Assembly: GCF_000011465.1 (NCBI RefSeq)
Contig: NC_005072.1
Span: 840,001 to 872,000 of the forward strand
DNA length: 32,000 nt
Reading direction: 5' to 3'
DNA from: Prochlorococcus marinus subsp. pastoris str. CCMP1986
GTDB taxonomy: Bacteria > Cyanobacteriota > Cyanobacteriia > PCC-6307 > Cyanobiaceae
Numbering within the stretch: the first letter of the stretch is position 1; each line of letters starts with the position of its first letter. The position numbers and the translations under genes are program-made. Positions 26,860 to 32,000 of this stretch are shown one piece after another. A model generated the notes under the pieces. That model was not told the origin of the DNA. It ran no database searches and worked only from the letters and a program-made list of their open reading frames with translations.

Positions 26860-27187
26860 TTTTTTTTTAAGATTTCTAAATTACTTATCAAGATTTGATA
26901 ATACAGCCTTATTTGCAGCATCTATAATTCCATATTCGATTTTCTTATATTATTTATACAAGATAAAGTCATTAAATAAATTAATCAAAGTTGGTTTTTC
27001 TTTAACTGTATTATTTGTATTTATAACCATAGTAATTTCGATATATTCTCTTACTTACTATCAAAGAACTCTTGTTGAAGTTGACTTACTTCATGGTTCA
27101 GCAGAATTTTTCTTAACTTTAAGCGATTTTGTTATTTTACTTGGCTTTATAAAGATGTTAAATCGTCTAGAAGTAAATAACTCTTAA
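26852..27187 (+). CDS. Small membrane protein (probably DUF3593)
   Basis: About 111 aa with 3 TM helices. The preferred ATG at 26852 (MNDFFLRF) overlaps the upstream stop by 8 nt (ATGAATGA). The family name is from memory of DUF2499/DUF3593 gene pairs in cyanobacteria. Confidence 0.6.
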   Translation: MNDFFLRFLNYLSRFDNTALFAASIIPYSIFLYYLYKIKSLNKLIKVGFSLTVLFVFITIVISIYSLTYYQRTLVEVDLLHGSAEFFLTLSDFVILLGFIKMLNRLEVNNS

Positions 27188-27251
27188 GACCTTTTACAAT
27201 TATGTGATTTATTGCTCGAAATAAAGGAGAATATAGAAAATAACATTTTTT

Positions 27252-27515
27252 ATGCTTACTACATTATTTGCAGCAGCGGCTGCTCCCGCAACATTTGAAT
27301 GGTCACCAAAATGTGCCATCGTAATGATTGCATGTAATGTTTTTGCTTATGCAATTGCAAGAGCCACAATAAGAAAACCTAATGAAGGTTTTGAAATTCC
27401 TAATTCACAATTCTTTGGTGGTTTAAGTCATGCTTCTGTCGTAGGAGCTAATTGCCTAGGACATATCTTCGGAATAGGGGCAATACTAGGATTAGCTTCT
27501 AGAGGTGTATTGTAA
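27252..27515 (+). CDS. psaK: Photosystem I reaction centre subunit PsaK
   Basis: 87 aa with two TM helices. The N-terminal AAAAPATFEWSPKCAIVMIACNVFA and C-terminal GHIFGIGAILGLASRGVL are typical of PsaK. Confidence 0.9.
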   Translation: MLTTLFAAAAAPATFEWSPKCAIVMIACNVFAYAIARATIRKPNEGFEIPNSQFFGGLSHASVVGANCLGHIFGIGAILGLASRGVL

Positions 27516-27517
27516 AA

Positions 27518-29431
27518 TTATTCAACGGTAATTTTAGAATTTAATTTTGCTAAATTAAATTTGTTAATAATTTTTTCTGCCATCTGATCAGGTGTAAGTC
27601 CTAATTTTTCTTTACTCTGATCAGGTGATGCATGATCTACAAGTACATCAGGAATACCAATTCTTAAAACTGGTATATTTATATCATTATCGTTTAACAT
27701 TTCAACAATAGCCGAGCCAAATCCTCCAACTAATGTACCTTCTTCCATTGTTACTACCTTTTTAAGTTTTCTTACTAACGGTATTATTAAATCTTGATCA
27801 AGAGGTCTAACAAATCTAGCATTAATAATACAAGCACTAATGCCTCTATTTTTTAGTAAGTTTGCAGTTTCAGTAGCGGATTGAACCATTGAACCATAAG
27901 CAATAATTAAAACATCATCACCTTCTTCTAAAATTTCTCCTTCGCCTATCTTCAAAGGCTCCCATCCCTCATCCATTACTGCTACACCTAAACCTGAACC
28001 TCTTGGAATGCGAAGTGCTGTAGGTCCCTTGTAATTAATAGATGTAATTAACATTCTTTGAAGTTCAGCTTCATCTTTTGGAGCCATTAAAACAAAATTA
28101 GGAATAGCTCTCATATAGCTAATATCATATTGACCCTGATGAGTTGGACCATCGGCACCAACTATTCCTGCTCTATCTAAAACAAAGGATACAGGTAGAT
28201 TCTGAATACCTACATCATGAATTAGCTGATCAAAAGCCCGTTGCAAGAATGTACTGTAAATAGCAACTACAGGTTTAAGACCATCGCAAGACATTCCAGC
28301 TGCTAATGTAACTGCATGTTGTTCAGCTATTCCTACATCTATATATTGTTCTGGAATATTTTTTTGTAATAAATCTAGTCCAGTTCCAGTAGCCATCGCT
28401 GCTGTAATTCCTATAACCTTACTGTCTTGCTCGCAAATTTTTAAAAGCGTTTGACCAAATATTTTACTATAACTGACTGGTTTAGGCTTACTTGATGGAA
28501 TTGATTTACCAGTCGTAAGATCGAATGATGATTGAGCATGGTACCCTACTTGATCTGCTTCTGCATATGGATATCCTTTCCCTTTTGTTGTAACAACATG
28601 AACCATTACTGGTTTTTTAAGTCTATGAGCAGCATTGAAAGTATTTATAAGATTAGAAATATCATGTCCATCAATTGGTCCCATATACGTAAAACCAAGT
28701 TCTTCAAAAACTGCTCCAACTTTTGGTACAGCTAAACGTCTAACACTTCCTTTTATATTTTTTAATTCTTCAGGTATATCTTTACCTATAAGAGGAATAT
28801 TTTTAACACTTTCCTGAACACTATCTGACAAAAATTGTAATGGTGGACTTAGTCTTACTCTATTTAGATATGTAGAAAGAGCTCCAACAGGAGGAGATAT
28901 TGACATATCATTATCATTCAGAACAACAACTAAGGGAGTATTTGGCAAATGCCCCGCATGATTTATCGCTTCTAAAGCCATTCCCCCAGTTAATGCTCCA
29001 TCACCTATAACTGCAACGCATTTATGATCTTCCCCTTTTCTATCTCTTGCAATTGCCATTCCTAGCGCAGCTGATATTGATGTACTTGCGTGACCTGCTC
29101 CAAAGTGATCAAAATGACTTTCACTACGTTTTAGATAACCAGCAATACCTTTTTGTTGACGTAAAGAGTCAAACTCATTGAAACGTCCAGTAATTAATTT
29201 ATGAGGATAAGCCTGATGACCAACATCCCATACAACTTTATCAAAATCAAGATCTAATGTTTGATATAAAGCAAGTGTTAATTCAACAACGCCTAGTCCA
29301 GGCCCTAGATGTCCTCCACTTGTTGAAACCACCTCCAAATGTCTCTCTCTAATCTGACAGGCAATTTCCTCTAATTGTGATACCGTTAAACCATGTAATT
29401 GATTTGGATGGCTTAACTCACTTAAAAGCAT
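27518..29431 (-). CDS. dxs: 1-deoxy-D-xylulose-5-phosphate synthase
   Basis: 637 aa. Motifs [13 protein letters not shown], the TPP-binding [16 protein letters not shown], and the transketolase-like pyrimidine and C-terminal domains. Confidence 0.95.
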   Translation of the reverse strand: MLLSELSHPNQLHGLTVSQLEEIACQIRERHLEVVSTSGGHLGPGLGVVELTLALYQTLDLDFDKVVWDVGHQAYPHKLITGRFNEFDSLRQQKGIAGYLKRSESHFDHFGAGHASTSISAALGMAIARDRKGEDHKCVAVIGDGALTGGMALEAINHAGHLPNTPLVVVLNDNDMSISPPVGALSTYLNRVRLSPPLQFLSDSVQESVKNIPLIGKDIPEELKNIKGSVRRLAVPKVGAVFEELGFTYMGPIDGHDISNLINTFNAAHRLKKPVMVHVVTTKGKGYPYAEADQVGYHAQSSFDLTTGKSIPSSKPKPVSYSKIFGQTLLKICEQDSKVIGITAAMATGTGLDLLQKNIPEQYIDVGIAEQHAVTLAAGMSCDGLKPVVAIYSTFLQRAFDQLIHDVGIQNLPVSFVLDRAGIVGADGPTHQGQYDISYMRAIPNFVLMAPKDEAELQRMLITSINYKGPTALRIPRGSGLGVAVMDEGWEPLKIGEGEILEEGDDVLIIAYGSMVQSATETANLLKNRGISACIINARFVRPLDQDLIIPLVRKLKKVVTMEEGTLVGGFGSAIVEMLNDNDINIPVLRIGIPDVLVDHASPDQSKEKLGLTPDQMAEKIINKFNLAKLNSKITVE

Positions 29432-29490
29432 TATTTAAAAATATTTACTTACCTAATCTAAAACGTTAAGGTGCAAATTGAGTAATTTTT

Positions 29491-29519
29491 TTGAAATAGA
29501 TTATGTAATGTTTTATTAG
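29491..29519 (+). promoter_or_regulatory. Candidate sigma70-type promoter for ilvA
   Basis: TTGAAA-N17-TATTAG lies about 30 nt upstream of the ilvA ATG in the 116-nt dxs/ilvA divergent spacer. It is a pattern match only. Confidence 0.2.
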
Positions 29520-29547
29520 GTTAATATTTAATGCTAAAAATATAAAT

Positions 29548-31089
29548 ATGGAAGATTATTTAAAAAAAATACTTCAGGCTAAAGTTTATGAAGTAGCTAA
29601 AGAAACACCTTTAGAAAAAGCAAATAATTTAAGTAAAGCACTTAAAAATAATATTTATTTGAAAAGAGAAGATCTTCAAGATGTATTTTCTTTTAAAATA
29701 AGAGGTGCCTTTAATAAAATGAGACAATTACCACAATCACAACTTGCTAATGGAGTCATAACATCAAGTGCTGGTAATCATGCACAAGGAGTAGCACTAA
29801 GTGCATTGAAATTAAATTGTAGCGCAACTATATTAATGCCAATAACTACTCCTTTAGTAAAAGTAAATGCTGTTAGAAATTTAAAAGCAAAAGTTATATT
29901 ATTCGGTGATAATTATGATGAAACCTATAAGGAAGCATTACGCCTTAGTGAAGAAAATAATTTATGCTTTATTCATCCATTCGATGATCCTGAAGTAATA
30001 GCTGGCCAAGGAACAATTGCCATTGAAATAGAAAAACAAGTCAAAGAACCACCAGAAGCAATATATGTTGCGGTTGGAGGAGGAGGTTTAATAGCTGGTA
30101 TTTCTTTATACATAAAAAATATTTGGCCACAAGTAAAAATAATTGGTGTAGAGCCTGAAGATGCTGATGCGATGACTAAATCCCTAAATAACTCAAAATT
30201 AATAGAATTAGCATCAGTTGGTCAATTTGCTGATGGCGTAGCAGTAAAAAAAGTTGGAGAAAAAACCTTTGAAATCGGAAGAAAATATATCGACAAAATG
30301 ATAACTGTAAATACTGATGAAATATGTGCCGCTATTAAGGATGTTTTTGAAGATACCAGATCAATCCTAGAACCAGCTGGAGCTCTATCTATTGCAGGAA
30401 TGAAAAAGGATATATTCGAATCTAAATACGCAAACAAAAATATGATTGCCATCGCATGTGGTGCAAATATGAATTTCGAAAGACTACGATTTATAGCAGA
30501 AAGATCTGCACTTGGAGAGTACAAAGAAGCAATGTTTGCCGTTGAAATACCAGAAAAAGCGGGCAGCTTAATTAATTTCTGTAGTTTGTTAAATAATAGA
30601 AATTTAACAGAATTTAGCTATAGGATGTCCAATTCAGTTAATGCTCAAATATTTGTAGGAATCGAGGTTAATGGAGTAATCGATAAAGATGAACTATTAC
30701 AAGAATTTAGGAAATCAAATTATCCTTTTATAGATATAAGTAATGATGAATTATCTAAAAATCATCTAAGACATATGGTAGGTGGTCGTTTGCCTCAAAA
30801 ATTCACCGTACTTGAAAAATCAAAATATATTGAATTGCTATATAGATTTGAGTTTCCAGAAAGGCCAGGAGCATTAATAAATTTTCTAAAAAATATGAAA
30901 TCAAATTGGACAATAAGCATCTTTCATTATAGAAATCATGGTTCTGATGTAGGAAAAATTGTTATAGGAGTATTAATAGATCGTGCTGAAATTAATTACT
31001 GGAATAAATTTGTTGAATTCTTAGGATATAAATACTGGGACGAAACTAATAATCAAACATATAAATTATTCCTTGGTGCATCTGATTAA
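29548..31089 (+). CDS. ilvA: Threonine dehydratase, biosynthetic (two C-terminal regulatory domains)
   Basis: PLP-lysine motif FSFKIRGA and the glycine loop GGGGLIAG. The 513-aa length includes a duplicated ACT-like C-terminal region. Confidence 0.95.
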   Translation: MEDYLKKILQAKVYEVAKETPLEKANNLSKALKNNIYLKREDLQDVFSFKIRGAFNKMRQLPQSQLANGVITSSAGNHAQGVALSALKLNCSATILMPITTPLVKVNAVRNLKAKVILFGDNYDETYKEALRLSEENNLCFIHPFDDPEVIAGQGTIAIEIEKQVKEPPEAIYVAVGGGGLIAGISLYIKNIWPQVKIIGVEPEDADAMTKSLNNSKLIELASVGQFADGVAVKKVGEKTFEIGRKYIDKMITVNTDEICAAIKDVFEDTRSILEPAGALSIAGMKKDIFESKYANKNMIAIACGANMNFERLRFIAERSALGEYKEAMFAVEIPEKAGSLINFCSLLNNRNLTEFSYRMSNSVNAQIFVGIEVNGVIDKDELLQEFRKSNYPFIDISNDELSKNHLRHMVGGRLPQKFTVLEKSKYIELLYRFEFPERPGALINFLKNMKSNWTISIFHYRNHGSDVGKIVIGVLIDRAEINYWNKFVEFLGYKYWDETNNQTYKLFLGASD

Positions 31090-31170
31090 AATAAGGTAAC
31101 TTGGGAAAGAATTAGGTATTAAAAAATTAATAAAGTTGATCTAATTACAAAAAAATTAACCGATATAAGT

Positions 31171-31653
31171 TTGGTTACAAGAGTTGAGGCTGTTCTTTAT
31201 CTTAAAGGTAGACCAATATCAAAAAAAAATCTTTCAGAAATTACTAATGCGGATATTAATTCTATTGACAAGGCATTAAGGGAATTAAAGGAAAAATACT
31301 CAAACACAAAATCTGCAATAGAATTAAATGAAATTAATAGTTGTTATTGTCTAGAGTTAAAATCAATTCTAAATGAATTTGTGGAAGATTTATTACCATC
31401 TGAATTAAGAACATCAGAATTAAGGACACTTGCAACAATTGCAATTAAGAAAAAAATACTGCAATCAGATCTTATAGTTTTAAGAGGGTCAGGAGCCTAC
31501 GACCATATAAAGGAATTAACAAATAAAAAATTTATTATTAAACGTAAGCAAAAAGATGGTAGATCTTATTGGCTATCATTGTCTGAAAAATTTTTTCAAA
31601 CTTTTGCTGTAAGCAATGAATATTTATCGCAAATAGGCGGCAATAAAAAGTAA
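31171..31653 (+). CDS. scpB: Segregation and condensation protein B
   Basis: 160 aa. Winged-helix ScpB-like N-terminus VEAVLYLKGRPIS and SELRTLATIAIKKKI. There is no in-frame ATG ahead of the conserved N-terminus, so the TTG at 31171 is the likely start. Confidence 0.75.
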   Translation: MVTRVEAVLYLKGRPISKKNLSEITNADINSIDKALRELKEKYSNTKSAIELNEINSCYCLELKSILNEFVEDLLPSELRTSELRTLATIAIKKKILQSDLIVLRGSGAYDHIKELTNKKFIIKRKQKDGRSYWLSLSEKFFQTFAVSNEYLSQIGGNKK

Positions 31654-31684
31654 ATGTTACAATTAGCTAAACTACTTGAAAATA

Positions 31685-31963
31685 ATGTTGTCTGAGATTT
31701 TTGCGGTTTTAGGTCAAACCTTATCAATTTATTCATTTATTTTGATCATTAGGATATTACTTACATGGTTTCCTGGAATAGATTGGAGTAATGGAATATT
31801 ATCAGCATTAACGTCAATAACAGACCCATATTTGAATATATTTAGAGGAATAATTCCTCCAATTGGTGGCTTTGATATTTCATCGTTGTTAGCTTTTCTA
31901 CTTCTTAATGTTATCCAAAACCTTATTACTAATCTTCAATATGCCAGCTTAGGATATGGTTAA
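31685..31963 (+). CDS. YGGT family membrane protein (Ycf19-like)
   Basis: SIYSFILIIRILLTWFP ... DPYLNIFRGIIPPIGGFDISS is the YGGT signature. ATG at 31685, with an alternative TTG at 31676 as in the track. Confidence 0.85.
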   Translation: MLSEIFAVLGQTLSIYSFILIIRILLTWFPGIDWSNGILSALTSITDPYLNIFRGIIPPIGGFDISSLLAFLLLNVIQNLITNLQYASLGYG

Positions 31964-31966
31964 AAT

Positions 31967-32000
31967 TTAACGATCATCTCCGGAACCAGAAATTTTACCC
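31967..32000 (-). CDS. Possible 3' end of a minus-strand CDS continuing beyond the window
   Basis: The reverse complement reads ..GKISGSGDDR-stop, with the stop at 31967-31969, 3 nt from the YGGT stop. Only 11 codons are visible. It is supported mainly by the window-wide pattern of abutting convergent genes. Confidence 0.25.
   Translation of the reverse strand, partial: GKISGSGDDR

Noticed and set aside
27193-27210. TTTACAAT-TA-TGTGATTT upstream of psaK, considered as an HLR1 (RpaB) site.
   Set aside because: Only the first half-site matches (G/T)TTACA(T/A)(T/A). The second repeat matches 4 of 8 positions. That is insufficient to call a site without comparative data.
707-28817. The remaining short track ORFs: 707-898, 2518-2766, 2669-2854, 6125-6358, 9272-9514, 9572-9802, 10239-10454, 12559-12753, 15669-15881, 19891-20073, 24575-24814, 28532-28735 and 28635-28817.
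   Set aside because: Each is nested inside, and mostly antisense to, a confidently identified housekeeping gene, and none has a recognisable motif. I treat them as shadow ORFs.
30222-30524. 100-aa minus-strand ORF.
   Set aside because: It is fully embedded antisense in ilvA, whose reading frame is strongly supported by PLP and regulatory-domain motifs. There is no independent evidence for it.
1-32000. CRISPR arrays, IS elements, integrases, phage genes, restriction-modification or toxin-antitoxin modules, and a compositional island next to the tRNA gene.
   Set aside because: I found no repeat-spacer periodicity, no inverted terminal repeats, no recombinase-like ORF and no direct repeat of the tRNA-Ser 3' end. 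Both flanks of the tRNA are conserved core genes (dnaK3, ferredoxin). Composition looks uniform apart from gene-level differences.

Overview
This is an AT-rich stretch (roughly 30% G+C by eye) that is very tightly packed. By my tally only about 1.4 kb of the 32 kb lies outside genes. The gene content includes psaK, hemJ, cobN, a Ycf19-like YGGT gene, a Ycf49-like DUF2499 gene, a dnaK3/dnaJ3-type chaperone pair and an extended 2Fe-2S ferredoxin. Together with the Asn/Lys/Ile-rich proteins, this points to a marine picocyanobacterium, most likely a high-light-adapted Prochlorococcus. That assignment is an inference from memory, not a search. I call 33 CDSs, one possible 34-nt CDS fragment at the right edge, and one tRNA-Ser(GGA). 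Almost all are core housekeeping genes: cobN', hemJ, uvrC, coaD, dacB, dapF, leuS, pgi, purN, argC, ribBA, cyclophilin, dnaK/dnaJ, ferredoxin, IMPase, hisZ, htpG, rpmB, peroxiredoxin, psaK, dxs, ilvA and scpB. I see no transposases, integrases, phage genes, CRISPR arrays, restriction-modification systems, toxin-antitoxin pairs or other defence or accessory content, and no compositional island. I therefore cannot support a claim of a discrete novel system here. The leads worth a second look are architectural or involve unknown-function genes. (1) Every convergent gene junction overlaps or has a gap of 3 nt or less, including two shared palindromic TTAA stops. (2) A translationally coupled dapF / cysteine desulfurase / DUF1995 / dacB string. 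(3) A dnaK3 / dnaJ3 / DUF3110 / cyclophilin string, with a repeated DDDPWDN tail on DnaK. (4) An extended ferredoxin / IMPase / hisZ operon in which the IMPase is a candidate histidinol-phosphate phosphatase. (5) An uncharacterised ~157-aa C-terminal extension on RibBA. (6) A coupled DUF2499/DUF3593 membrane-protein pair just upstream of psaK. (7) An unusually high share of forced non-ATG start codons.
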